Shown: positions 47,301 through 59,866 of the stretch, piece after piece
Numbering within the stretch: the stretch's first letter is position 1
How the letters are laid out: each line of letters begins with the position of its first letter
From: Stylophora pistillata
Lineage: Eukaryota
Reading direction: 5' to 3'
NCBI RefSeq assembly: GCF_002571385.2
Contig: NW_019218560.1
Coordinates: 31,257-95,256 of the forward strand
Length of the DNA: 64,000 bases
The notes under the pieces: generated by a model
Seen by the model: the letters and a program-made list of their open reading frames with translations, nothing else
Told to the model about the DNA's origin: nothing
The model's database searches: none
Program-made: the position numbers and the translations under genes

Positions 47301-50300
47301 ACTCATTTTCATACGAATGATTGACCACCAGGCCTCGTTTAGAAAAGGAGGCCAAAGGTAATTGAGAAGTAGCCTATTAAAATGTCCTCCTGTGCCCCTG
47401 AATATGTCCCTGAATGGTGACATTTTTTATGCGACCAGGGAAGTTTGGTAGCAGCGAAGTTTACCAATGGTCTCGAATTCTTGCTCTTGATCTAGTTCAG
47501 ACATATCGGGCGGAGTACCCACTCTGCTTTAATTGGCCGCAGTGCTTACGTTAGCTTTATATTTTGTGGCAAGAAACAAGACATGCCGAGCCTGAAAACA
47601 TTGGAGGAACTCACTCGCGTTCAGTAAACTTGTTTGTTTGTTTGTTTGTTTGATTTCTCCCGGCACTTGAAAACAAAGTATTCTTCATTTGTTTTTTGTT
47701 TGTTTGTTTCCAAACTTGATAAACAGCTACTCACAAAATCCATCCTACGGAAATGCAGGAGAACTTGAGGAGGATCTATTAAGGCAAAAAAATGAGCTAA
47801 GGGTGAAGGAATGGCTCTCCTGTGTTGCTAAGGAACAGGTAGGCCTGTCAATGATAGGTCCGCAATAGCATACTTATAAGAAAAACGAAAAACATTAATA
47901 TGTTATATAAATCTGTTGAAAGAAAACTTAAGCAGGGAAGCGAAAACTCGAGACTTTTCCAACACCAAGATTATCTTATTACGGGTTATCGGCTGATTAA
48001 CCATTTTGTTTTTAGCTTTACCAAAAAATTCATACACAGTTTTCAAGCACCGCGACTTACTCGTTTGTTTTAGAAGACAACTTGTTGCCTGGAAGCACGC
48101 TATCTAGCCTTTTCAACGTTTGCACATGCGCAGACTTTGTCCGCTGTGTTAGTTACGAGATTGGTGAGAGTTTTCCAGACCAAACCAAGACAATCTCGGA
48201 TCACTCTCAATATTCACTGGAAAATTGATTCATTGTTTGTGAATTGATATGGGTACCTCGTTTTTCTTCTTCGCAGACTAAACTCTTCACATCAGACGTA
48301 CTTGACAAACTTCAAGTTACCGAAGATGATCTCCAAGATGACGAGGAACCCAATAGCGAGGACGAGAGTGTCACAAGACCAGTGGATAAGCGGCAGAGTG
48401 TGATCAGCTCCAAAGGAAAAAAGATAAGAAAAGCTGGACAGCATCAGTTTGAGGATCACACTTTCAAGAAACCGAAGTTCTGTTTTTACTGCAAGGGACT
48501 TATAAAGGGTAATAAAACCTACTCAAATTTTCCCTTTGTGTCGAATGAACTGGAGGAGACTTCGTTAGGTTCATGGAAAGTACGTAAGACTCGATATCGG
48601 TAGAGGCGTGAGTTTGTGTTGTCGCCGAGGTCACTGTGCTGTGTTCTTGGGCAAGATTCTTAACTCACACAGTGTATTATCTATGAATGGGGAACGCGAA
48701 ACTGTCAGCTCTGGCGAACGTTAAAAAGCAATTCTACGGCGCTATCAGCTTTGAACTTGCATGAATTATGTAAAGAGAGGGTCAGTAAGGTCGGGAGCCC
48801 ATTACTTGGAGCGTTCAACTGCCCTTTGTTTATGTCAAAGGTGTTTTTACAGACATGTCTATTTTTACTGCGAAATGGGATTCCCCACGGAAGCCCTGCG
48901 ACCAATCACGATTAGCACGTAGTTAATTTATAACTATTTCCCGGGAAAAGGTAGTCTAAAAATAAACCGTTCTGTGAAAATGCCGTGACTGACATAGGCT
49001 CAGTATGGGAGTTGAACGCTCCAAGTAATGGGTTCCTGGTGATGTCCATGTTCTTTGGTTGCATCTTGCCAAGAATTGTGAACCTGTCGAGGTTAAATGA
49101 ACATGTACAGTAGAAAAATAGAGAACGGGCCTGTTAAGACATCACTTCGATTGGTATTGGAGGTGCGGTTGAGTTAACGGAACCTTTGTTCCTTTACCAT
49201 CGCAATACTTCCTTGATGGAGAGTTGTCTTTTTGTTGCTAGGATTAATTAAGCAGGGTGCGCGATGTAAAGTTTGCAAGATGAGTGTCCACCACAAGTGT
49301 CGCGACAACGTGCCTTACTGTCCTGGCGACAGGGTGAGTGTCATGTTTGTGTATTTAATAAATATTTTTTTTTTTTATCTAGGGACAGCCCAACCATCTC
49401 TCATTGCCTTATTAGTATTCCGAAAGTAAGGAGTATATAGATGGAGCGTGGACCACAATGGTTCTTTCGTAAAAGGAATTCTTTTATCCCCGTTACTCAG
49501 CGCGAGAGTTTTATACTTTTGATTTTTTTTTTTTTTGCGGGTGAAAAGGTACCAATGTTTGACAACCGATTTCGTGTTGACTCGTATTGCTTTTAACTTC
49601 TGTCAGTCATTTGAGGCTTGACTAGAAATCGTTTCCTAAACTCATTAAACTCACGAGCTTGTGCCATAAATCAAAGAGGAAAAAACTTGGTCTGTTACTT
49701 TCTGCGCGGGCGTCGAACTTGAAAAAGTGATGAGGGTGTCTGTAACGGGCCCTGTTTTTCTTTAGCTCGCGTTGTTCCGCCTTTAAAAAGAGGGAAAAGA
49801 GCATTTCATTAGTGGAAGGGAACGGCACACAGAATTTTTTTTTTTTTTCATGTGTTGACCTAATGAGGAAGGGGGTAGGGAGCTGTGAACGATGATTAAC
49901 GGTAACTCTATTTTTTTTTTCGCTTTTTGTATCTGTTGCAGTCTACCAAAGGACAGTCGCTACGCATTTCATGCACTAATCAACAGGAAGATGACTCTGA
50001 TGATCCTGTGTACAGTGACGTGGATGACGTCCCCACCCCTCCCCCGCACAAGAGAGCATTGGGTCCGACCACATCATTACCTGTTTACAGGGGAAACGAC
50101 TTCTATGGTACGGAATGTATAGGTTAACAAGATTTCCGTCAGTGCGTAATTGTTGCGTGACCTAGAGTTACATTAAAGATTTGTATGATTATTTTTTGTT
50201 TCCTATGAAGGTGAATTCTCAGAGAAAAAGTTATCGAACTTTTTTTTTAAAACTTTCCCTAAATGTTCCCAACCATTGTCTGTTTCGAAAAATGCAATCA

Positions 50301-53300
50301 GCAAGATAGGTCACCATGCTTGTTTAAGAGATATGATGAGCCAAACTTAACACATTTATGCCTGTACTGGCGCTAATCACGCGCGTCATCNTCTCATCAG
50401 TTCACAATATATTTTGAAGTTGCAGGAAGCAACGGTTTTTGAAGAAACTTCATTCTAAGTAGGTAGAACTTCTCGAGCGTATGGAACAAATCGATATATA
50501 ATTTGTGGGAAAAATCACGCAATTTTTAAACGACATCGACCCAAAACTTTCCTGGAGTCGTTGCTTTCAAGGTAATGATTTTCATCATCGACTAACGGGC
50601 TTTGTGCACGATTTTAGCTGTATCTTTCTCCCATCGATTCTTTTTTTTTTTTTTTTTTCAATTTCTCCAATTTAAAGGGGATAATTTGGTCACCAAAATT
50701 ATGCAATAAAAAATATAGATCCTCTTGCTCGTCCAAGGGCTAAAGACTATCTCGGAATAAACACGCTTATTCGCCGAGTGCGTGATTTTTAAGCGCAGTA
50801 CAGGATGTGCAGTGCAACACTGAGGAATCACCTTAATTGAAGCCACGATCGAAGTAGCCTGCGGTGCAAGCGTCATTGGGGCGAGTCAGTCTAGGGTAAC
50901 CAGTTATCGCCTTTTGGGTCTTAAGAGTAAGTCGTTACCAGACTCTGATTTTCTTTGCCCCCTGCTCAGCGATAACAGGATCCCCAGGAGGCATTAGTTA
51001 TAGTTGGTATGCGCGTCTAAATGTGTGAGATTTGGTGGTCCAGGGGTTAGTGTTACTGTGCCTCACCGAAGTAGTCTCGGTTGTTTAGGGCAAAAATTCA
51101 GTAATTTTGCCTATAAAATCCTCTTCAAGGTTGTAGGCGGAAGTAAATTAATTCTTCATTATTTGAATTACGCTCTTCCGCAAAATTTTCAGCTTTCTGA
51201 TAATGGAATTTTCTCGAATTCTTGTCTTCAGATGACGTTGAGGGAATGATTTCTTCATCGAGATCGGTATGGTTATTGTTTCTGTTTGGCTCACAACAAA
51301 TTGGTGTTGTTTTATTGAACAAGATGTGATTGTAAGTTTGTTAGGAGCTCAGGCATTCTCTCACGGCAAGGTGATGAAAAATTTGTCGTTTCCAATTTCT
51401 TTACTTAGCTTTTTAAATGTTATTTTTAGAAGTGCTGTGTTTCTCTTTACGATTTTAACGGGGAGAATGATGGAGATCTAAAATTAAGGTGAGAACCTTT
51501 TCTTCCTTTCTTTGGTGCGGATTTAGTAGGCGCTTGGTAGTGAGCGATGCTATTGTTCTACTCAAAACACCATGCAGGGGAGCATTAGTACGTCATCAAA
51601 ATCCAAAGCAACGCAACCCAATTTGAAATGTATTTATTTGGATGTCTCTTCCTCAGTAATATTTTTTTTTACTAGCATATGATCGTTTATTGGGTATGGT
51701 CTCCGCACAGTATCCTATGTGAAGCTGTACCCTCTCGCCGAAAGAAACGTTTCTCCTCGGGGGGGGGAGGGGGGGAAGGGTGCGGCTGCACGTAGACTGC
51801 CGCCCAGCCTCTCACTTCATTTAGCGTACAGTTCTTGGTTAAAGACAACAATGACAAAATAGTAGATTGCCCTCGGAAAAACGGATTTGTCTTGCAATAG
51901 TATAGCGCTGTGCGGAAATCTTCCTCCTATTGGAAAGACGTCAACCTAAAAGGAGCATGCATTTTTATTTATTTCACTGATCCGTGGAAGCAAAGCACGG
52001 AAGTTTAACCAACTTACCGTTGCAACGACAATTTACTTTGTGTGATAAAATTTTGTCGCCTCAACAAGTCGCCTAAATGCAAACTGGTTTCAAATTTTGG
52101 CCGACTTGTGATTTGTGTTTTCGCATGTGTTTTGGACATTCGTAGAAGAATATGGTTCAAATGCCTCCTAAAATCCTCTTCGGGAAAGAAGAACCTAAAA
52201 AAAATTGCCTCACTCCCGACCCAACGTGTGGCTTCGTTGCTCAGTTGGTAACAGTGCCCCCTAGTATCTGGGAAGTCAAAGCATGGATTTTTTTTGCTTC
52301 TTTTCTGCAAACGCTAAAAATTGCAGTCCACCGGTCCATTTGTTTGCTTGAATATGGTTCTACTATGAATTCACATCTCGTTTCCTTGTTATAGTGCCGG
52401 GGATAAGGTTCAAGTCTTAAACAGTGCTGATGAAAACTGGTGGGAAGTAAGTGATGACAGTTCACGGTTCTCGATTGCGTAACTTCTAAACACGGAAAGT
52501 TTTGAAACACTCAGTGGACTGGAATTTTAACTGCCGTTTGAATATGATATGTAGCTTGCACGGCTGGTGACTGGGAGATAAGAAAGAAGACGGAAACGCA
52601 AAAATCAGCTACAAAGGTCCGAAGGTCGTCCTTGTAAAAATATTCTGGAAGATGGTAATTTTTTAAAGTCGTTGAGGAAATAAAGGTGTTATTCCTTTTC
52701 TCTTGTGCGTGGGAGAAAGAAAAACGCGGAGACCCCCACGACGAATCGAATTTTGGTGCGTCAGTTGGCGAACAAGCGTGATTTTGTGGCGTTCGCCCTT
52801 CGCGCTTTCAAAGGTTTCGCTTTCTCTACTTTGAAAAACGTAGAAAAGATTACGCCTGTTTTGCCTTATTTAAAAAGGCGAAACCGAGGAAAAATGCGGT
52901 CAGAGTCGTCGGGAAATCTGTAAAGCATGAACCATGAGCTGCTTCCTCTTGATGCCTTAAACTGTTGTGTAGCTAAACTTTTTTTGTTGTTGTCATTGTT
53001 ACTCAGGGCACAAGTAAAGGAAAAACAGGGTTCTTCCCTGCTTCTTACGTACAGGTATGATTAAGCTTTTACACCCTTACACCAATATGCCTATTCTCCA
53101 TACTGTTCTCTATACATTTCCTAAGAAACTGAAAAGAGAATTTGTTTAACAATCAAGGCATTCTTTCGTTGGTGATCATTTCCTTTCTTCTTTTGACCTT
53201 CATGTGTGATTCAGGGGTGATGTAAGAAGAAATTTATTCCATGGGCGTGCGTTGTTTATGAGATGGTGTGTAACTAACGAGGCGGGTGGCGCTAAGTTGG

Positions 53301-55593
53301 CTTGAACCATTCTCTTATCCAACAAGTGCGAGTGGAATAATTGTTTTATTAAATTTCATTAAATCCTGAACGTTTGACTACTTCAGCAAACATTTTCAGC
53401 TTCCAACACGCCGCAGGTAAGGCGACTCGGAAGATGAACCGGAACCAATCAGAATACTAGAAATACAATATTTGATTTAAGTCACAATTACCCAGAGGCG
53501 TCCCAAGCTCACATCTCGAGCAAAAGCGAAGGATTAGTTCGTGAAATTGTCACACGTTGTGTGACGCGGTGTTAGTTACGCGAGCAACCGTTGAGAATTT
53601 GAATGCGTTATAAGGAATAGTAAGAGGAACAAAATATGGTTCATTTAAAACACTAAATATTCCGAAATATGAACATTTTACACCTTAGATTAATAAAACT
53701 TACTCGTTACTTGTGTGTCCGTTATGTTTTTTGGCGATTTCTGCTGTTTTGCACTTGCTTTGCCATCACTGAGGGTCCCCCTCCATCACTGTTTTTCCAG
53801 GAAAAACAGGAAATATTTTGAAATGTTTTATTTTTAAGATGAGGACATGATTGTATTTTGTTTTAAGAGCTACCTTGTTGTCTCGATCAGATGCCCCGGT
53901 GTATTGATAAGGCCGACGTTTAGTCTCATCTCTCATCAACTTTTGTCTTTTCTAATCTTTACAGCTGTTATGTGTGCAGAGAGTATTCGTTTTGACTGCC
54001 CAATCTTCGAGCCACTACTTTTTAAATTTTGAGTGTTTTATTTCTAAAATAAGAGCGTATTTTTGTGTTTCTTCTCAATAGCTACCTTGTTTTCTCGATT
54101 AAACGCCCTCGACGTATTTCCAAGGCTGACGTGCAATCCATTTCTCATCAATCTTTGTTTACTAGTCGTCTTTGCAGCTGTCATCTGTCCTACTTTTCGC
54201 GTAAATTTGTTTCGCAATCTCTATATAGTAATTTTTTTTACTTGCGCAATACCCAACTTTAACGCCTAACGGTTTGTTGCTTCGCTTTGACTTCATTGCA
54301 GGTGATTTCTGCCACTGACGTCATTCTTCGATGCCTGTTTGATTTCACTGGTCAAGAAGGAGATGAGTTGACAATTCAGGCTAATCAGGTCAGCGGTGAT
54401 ATATTTTGTTTGTTTGTTTTTGGCATGCACTTGTCAATCGAGATGAACAAGCGTATGGAGGCTACGGTTAAAGTCGATGGTATCTGAAGAAGAGCGCACT
54501 TACCCCCCTCCCCTCCTCCCCTAACCCAACAAAAGTGAACTCATAACAAGTAGTTAGGGTTAGTATTGGGTTAGGGGAGGGGTGGGGGCACACTTGCTCG
54601 GCTACTGACGTTTATCCGGGGTCACGTAGCACGATTTTTTTTTTTACCTTTTCACTCCCAAGATCTTATTTCTAATTCTCCTTACTGTCTGCTATATAAT
54701 TCTTATGGTGTTAGTTTGAAGAATTTGGTATTGGATCAATCAATAATCCCCTCATTGATATTGAACAATTATTCGCCGAAGACGAGGTTAATATCGTCGA
54801 ATAATCCCCGAGACGGTTATTCGACAATATTCACCGAACCTGAGGCGAATAATTGTTTTAGTATAATTTCAGAGCTGAACAACAGAGGAATTTCTAAAAT
54901 CATAACATTTTGGTAACATTTATTAACATTTTATTTTAACATTTTATATAAACCGCGTGGCGCTCGACCAATCAGATTGCTGGAAACTCTCATCTCTGAA
55001 ATTATACTAATTTTCTTTATTCTCATAACTTGTCTACTTGATATTGTATTCATACGGAAAGGAGAAATTCTGTCTTGATCACTCATGAGAGTTAAAAGGT
55101 TAGGTATGTGTCTATAGGACCTCGTACACAGTTCCAGGAATCTATATTCTACTGGGAAATTTAGTGATCACCCTAATCATGGCTTAGTTTATTTCTTTGA
55201 CTAAAAGACTTGTCTTTAAGATTTCAAAATGAGCGAACAGTGACCCCTTTTCTCGTTCTTCACAATTCAGAAAGAACCGTCTCGCGACAGAAACGAACCC
55301 CTTAGCTAAAAAACGAACAAGACTTCTTGTACTCAACGAAAATACTTGGTTTAAGCAAGACGCAAAGCTGTTTTAGGACTTTTCAGAAGGTGGCAGTCGG
55401 TGTGTTGTTCGTTTGTAATTTCAGGTAACCCAAGCTGGACTTTTTTTTCTGATTACATTATTTTCCTTTTACACAGATAGTCGTTCAGATCAGAGACGAA
55501 GGCAACGGATGGATCGTTGGAAGAACGGGCTCGGTAGAAGGGGCCTTTCCAGCGACCTATGTTGAAAAAGTCACTAATAATGGTCCTGATTAG
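38102..55593 (+). CDS. F-BAR + HR1-like coiled coil + C1 + tandem SH3 adaptor (STAC-like C-terminus, Bzz1-like architecture), about 669 aa; exons 38102-38204, 39360-39468, 40101-40167, 40553-40642, 40849-40911, 41349-41420, 42759-42875, 43619-43699, 45207-45362, 46238-46318, 47098-47168, 47727-47838, 48277-48508, 49242-49333, 49942-50107, 51232-51266, 51430-51488, 52395-52446, 53007-53054, 54302-54388, 55477-55593
   Basis: 21 GT-AG exons join in one frame (2010 nt). F-BAR helix motif [31 protein letters not shown]; YSQNPSYGN; C1 [36 protein letters not shown]; SH3-1 [23 protein letters not shown]; SH3-2 [23 protein letters not shown]. Confidence 0.88.
39760..39845. repeat. 21-bp minisatellite built on TGCATGCATGCAGTTAGT
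   Basis: 3-4 tandem units with a palindromic TGCATGCA core. Confidence 0.85.
40682..40721. repeat. (ATCAGAT)n heptamer microsatellite
   Basis: About 5.5 perfect units. Confidence 0.9.
42050..42406 (-). mobile_element. tRNA-derived SINE
   Basis: Minus strand: gcctcccagttagctcaatggatagagcg (A box)...gagttcgagcccc (B box), then a non-tRNA body; no acceptor-stem closure. Confidence 0.75.
43195..43385. repeat. Compound (CAGT)n/(CAGG)n/(CATT)n microsatellite
   Basis: Directly visible in the sequence. Confidence 0.85.
44150..44446 (-). mobile_element. 3' end of a Penelope-like retroelement running into the assembly gap
   Basis: Minus strand encodes ...[13 protein letters not shown], typical of a GIY-YIG PLE ORF end, followed by a pLTR with a hammerhead-like acgaagggctaacgctcaaaacgtcagc; matches 59955-60105. 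Confidence 0.75.
48796..49036. mobile_element. ~240-bp MITE with ~27-bp TIRs
   Basis: ggagcccattacttggagcgttcaact...agttgaacgctccaagtaatgggttcc. Confidence 0.7.
53822..54190. repeat. Diverged ~210-bp tandem duplication in an intron
   Basis: agctaccttgtt..tctcgat...tctcatcaa...cagctgt occurs twice (about 53868 and about 54080). Confidence 0.7.
54762..55010. mobile_element. Palindromic-head repeat (aattattcgcc...ggcgaataatt) nested in a TTAA-type element; decayed relative at about 13205-13510
   Basis: Inverted repeat at 54765-54855; interrupts the host element that spans 54645-55100. Confidence 0.65.
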
Positions 55594-56559
55594 TGTTGAT
55601 CAGTGTTAGAAGGGACCTAGCCGTGATGTGTTAGCAGCAAGATTCTTCTCAGGGTCCTCTTCCTCCCTCGCTCGAGTTCGGAAGAGAGGATTCTGGGAAC
55701 TAGGCTGATTTATGGTATAGATAAAGTGCAAGCATCAAACAGTGGTCTTAAACTCAATTTACGTCGCCATAGAGTGAGTTTTTATCTCTTTCCATTTTAA
55801 TTAACGGATGTGGACTGAAACTTGGATATTGAGACAGGGCCAAAATAGTAGCTTTACAGTAGTGAATAAATGAAAACTGAAGGAAAAAAAAAAAAGAAAA
55901 AGAAGCCTTTCTATGAGGGAAGGTTAAAATATTATTGTATCCAAGAAACCCTCCTACCTCAGAGTTTTTTCTCGGACTTAAAAGTGAGGTATTAATTAAT
56001 CCACACGTATAACTTCTGCCCAAATTACACACCACTCAGTACAATTACCACAATATTATTATTTTTCCTAAACCACCTCAGGATTTGACGCAAATGCTTC
56101 TAAGCATTCTATGCTGCGAAATGAGCAGGGGTTAAGTAAATTGATTCCAAACTGTGTCTAAGCGCTCAAAATCGTGATAATGAAATAACTGCACAAACCA
56201 CAAGTAAAATTTGAGTGGTTTGACTATTTGGGCCCACAACTTTATCTTAATGGTGTAGAATTGTGGTGAATTCTCCTCAGTTGTAAGGTCCCACATGGTG
56301 AATGAATTGAATATATTTATATTTTATTGTTATCGAATAAAATGTTTTCGAGGAGCACTCAGGTTGAATTGTCGTAGATGGTTCCACGTGCACGATTCAG
56401 AATCACGAAGACAAAATCAAAGACATTTGTTTGAGCTTGCACTATATGGGTTTGTTTGGTTCCTAGATTTGGTGGGTTCAAATTGAGTTCCAATAAGAAT
56501 ACCCCAGTGGTTTGTAATTTACAAACCATGCAGTGCAATGTAATGTAATGCAAAGGTGT

Positions 56560-57002
56560 CTTTTTATGCATAAACTTATGACAGTGAAACAGTATGATTA
56601 TTCGCGGCACAGACTATCATAGCCATAACACTCGCTCCAAGGAAATTATTAGATGTTAGATCAAACACGAACTGGGGTCTACTCAGATCTTTTAATAGTG
56701 CATTGACAGACTGGAATTCCCTCCCAGAAGACATGAGATGTCTACCCTATGATGCTTTTAAAATTTCGTTTCTTAAATATTTTGAATCTTAATAGGCTCC
56801 GTTAGTGTGTCATCTCTTGCACATCGATTTTATTATTTTCTGTTCATGTCATATTTTAGATATTTCAAATTTCATATTTCCACCGTGAGTTTTTACTTTT
56901 TAATTACGCGATTACTTATCTTATACATTGTTAATTTTGAGGGCCTCACTGAAAACCGCAAAACTTGCTTATTTATTTTTTAATAAATAAATAAATAAAT
57001 AA
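56560..57002 (+). mobile_element. LINE 3' end with (TAAA)n tail
   Basis: HNTRSK...DWNSLP...FKISF motifs, then a UTR and (TAAA)n. Confidence 0.6.
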
Positions 57003-58072
57003 GCAAGTAGTCCCGCGAGAGGTGTGCAGGAGGTCTGAAACTCAGTGCCAGAACCCCCAGCAAATCTTGACCTTTCTAACCCAGCGGCAGTGTTGAAGAT
57101 AGAAAAGGGGGTACTTGGGAAATCAGTGTAGTCCCAAAGCCCTCATGAAGGCGTGGGCCTTTCACACAACTCTAAGCTTAAAGAAAGCATCCCATTTGGA
57201 TGGAGCATCTCTCTTTAAACCTACTCTAACCCTTTACCCCGTGGGCATATTCTCCATTTTTTTTTTTTGTACATTTCCAGTGGCACTGACAAGGAGAATT
57301 TTTTCAACAATCAGGAGTGAATTAAGCAGGCCACCATTTCATTCATGCATATGACGTAAATCTGTCACTCTAGATGGTTAAAGGATTTGGGAAAAGGGCC
57401 TGGGAACTACTCCTCTTGAGTGTTCAACAATTGCAGCAAAGCATGAAAAAAAAAACAGGAGAGGCAACACAAAAGAGATGTAAAAGTAAAACAAAGGACC
57501 ACAAATGTAAGATTTCACCTTCAATGAATTAGTTTTTACATTTATTATTTATAATCAGTACAACAAAACATCTAAAGTAGGTAGGTGGTTCTTTCAGTTA
57601 CGTGACAATCAATGAATCTATGACTACAAGAGTGAACTTGTACCTCACCTCATTAGTAAAAAACTACAAAAAGCAACTAGTTGCAAATTAAATCAACACA
57701 AGCCTAAAACAAAGTTTGCATGTAGGACTTATGCAAACATTTCATACTTTACAAACATGATTTACCAGAAGTCTAAACTATACATGTGTAATAACAATAA
57801 CATTTATTATTTGTATTGCGCCTTTTCTATAAAATATTCAAAAGCGCATCACAACAGTAATTAATAACCAAAATGTGTGTCTAAGCATTGTATCACTAGA
57901 CATTAGGTCATGAGACATTTACCAAAGAAAGTTCCTACTTACACTTTAACCTATTATTGCCACATAATGCAGCTTACCCTAGTACTGTAAGGTGAAACTA
58001 AAAATTTCATCTCTTCTTGGTCTGAAAAGGATAGAACCAAACTCCATTACACAAAAGGTATACACAACAATG

Positions 58073-58281
58073 ACCCTTTAGGTTCCAAGATCTTAATATT
58101 AATTCTCCCCTTTAGCTGCCCCAAGTTTCCCTGCAAATAAGTTATGAGTATTTGGTGTGAGAGCAGGATTACAACTTCTGCCTGATAAGTTTGAGCACTC
58201 TCATTACCTGTTTGCAGAATAATGTTTGGATTTTATAGGGAGAAGTTACATGTGAATTATTTTGGGCAGTTAAAGGGTTAA
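58073..58281. mobile_element. Representative of a very abundant ~200-bp (TTAA)CCCT...AGGG(TTAA) non-autonomous element; more than 10 decayed copies across the window (e.g. about 7860-8503, 12600-12797, 19830-20030, 26606-26785, 33298-33520, 41515-41720, 53070-53230, 54645-55100, 61318-61530)
   Basis: Shared internal motifs attctcc...gagaatttg...aatcaag...ggagaaatt...aaagggttaa. Confidence 0.75.
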
Positions 58282-58289
58282 GTTTGTAC

Positions 58290-58565
58290 TTGAGCTTATT
58301 GGCCCAAGCAGCAGGAGCTTGTTCCTGTTTCAGTGCAGCCTGAAGCAGCCAGGAGGATCACTACTCTCCCTGGATGGGATGCTAGTCCATCACAAGGTTA
58401 CCCCCCCCCCTGCATTTCATCAGGCTTCCCTGACAGTTTACCAGTACCCATTTGTGCACCAGGGGGGAGAGAGGTGCAATGTGAGAACACAACACATTGA
58501 CCTAGCCAAGTCTAGCACCCAGACCTCTAGACCAAGAGTCCATTGCCCTGACCATTAAGTTAATG
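58290..58565 (-). mobile_element. SINE with Deu/Nin-like conserved central domain; related fragment on + at about 48570-48700
   Basis: ccctggatgggatgctagtccatcacaagg...agtacccatttgtgcaccagggggg agagaggtgcaatgtgag; the + copy has gtgttcttgggcaaga..cttaactc.cacagtg. Confidence 0.6.
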
Positions 58566-59866
58566 CATCTCTTACAATGGTATACATTAAAGTTATTTAT
58601 CATACACCCACATGGCTCATTTGCCATTGGATGATTTCAGTGGAGTGGTCATTGGGCCTGTTATAAATTCAAAGGCATCCACCCAGGATGCATTATCATC
58701 AAAAGTTGCCAGCACTTCAGACATTTGCCCAATGGTGTTGATCCTCTAGTTACCTGTTGCTATTCTCCCAGACAGGTATGGAAAGTTGATTGTTGCACAT
58801 TTTTTTAGGTCAAGCTAAACTGGTCTTAAAATTAGTTGTAAACCATAAAGGAGTGGGAAGAAGGAAGATTAAAGGGAATCTGTGGTGCTGTGATGGTGAG
58901 GGTATTACAAAATAGTTAGGTTTTATCAACTGGGTTGACTGCGTAAATTGGCTATCACAGAGAGATTCTTTAGCTGGTATTTTGAGTGTTAACTATTCAT
59001 CAGAGTGCATGTCCAAGGGGCTAACACTCAAAACATCACCTTTAGAATCTCTTTACACAATATCTCAGTTAATAAATACAAAGTAGCCTGCAGCACAGAC
59101 CTCTTATAAGGGCGAGTTAAAAGAAGCATGCAATTGTTTATTCAACCAGCCATGTCTAATTTGGAGTTTGAGTCGAAGGTAGGGGGAGGGGGCAGGAAGG
59201 GGCAAAAAGACTCCCCCCTCTCTACCATAACTTTCGCAAAGAAAATACTGTGCACTCGCCTGCCAAAATTACACCTACTTTGCAAGCTAAAAGCAGTGTA
59301 TCTGGTGTTACCTACGTCTCAACCAAGAAGGCAAGAACCTTCCGATGCTGGCACCTTTCTATATTATTTTACATATTTGTTCAATCTTACCTCTTTTTAC
59401 ATTTAGTTTGAGGTCTTACATTAAATGCATTGCCATGGCTTCAACTACTTCAAAGTAGCTTTGATGCAACTCTTCAGACTCCTGCAAAGCCTTCTCTCGA
59501 TTAGAGACAACCACTTCAATCTGGGCATTGTTTTTCATGCACACTGTGATCACATATGGGAGGCTAAGAATGAAAAAATAGAGCTTAATGCTTGGAAGAA
59601 TTATCACATTTTTTAGGACTACTATGGCATCAAGGCATAAATTTTTTAGACTAAAGACTTCCATCAACTTGGATAAACTAATAATCCCCTGATTGATATT
59701 GTTCTTTATTTTCCTCACATGTACGCTTGATATTGTACCAAAATTGTAAGGAGAAATTCTATCATGGTCATTTATGAGAGTTCAAGGATTGACAAGGCAT
59801 GACTGGCTGTGTTTGCTACCATAGCATGGTCAATGTAACTGCTTGCAGATAAGCATGTACACAATA

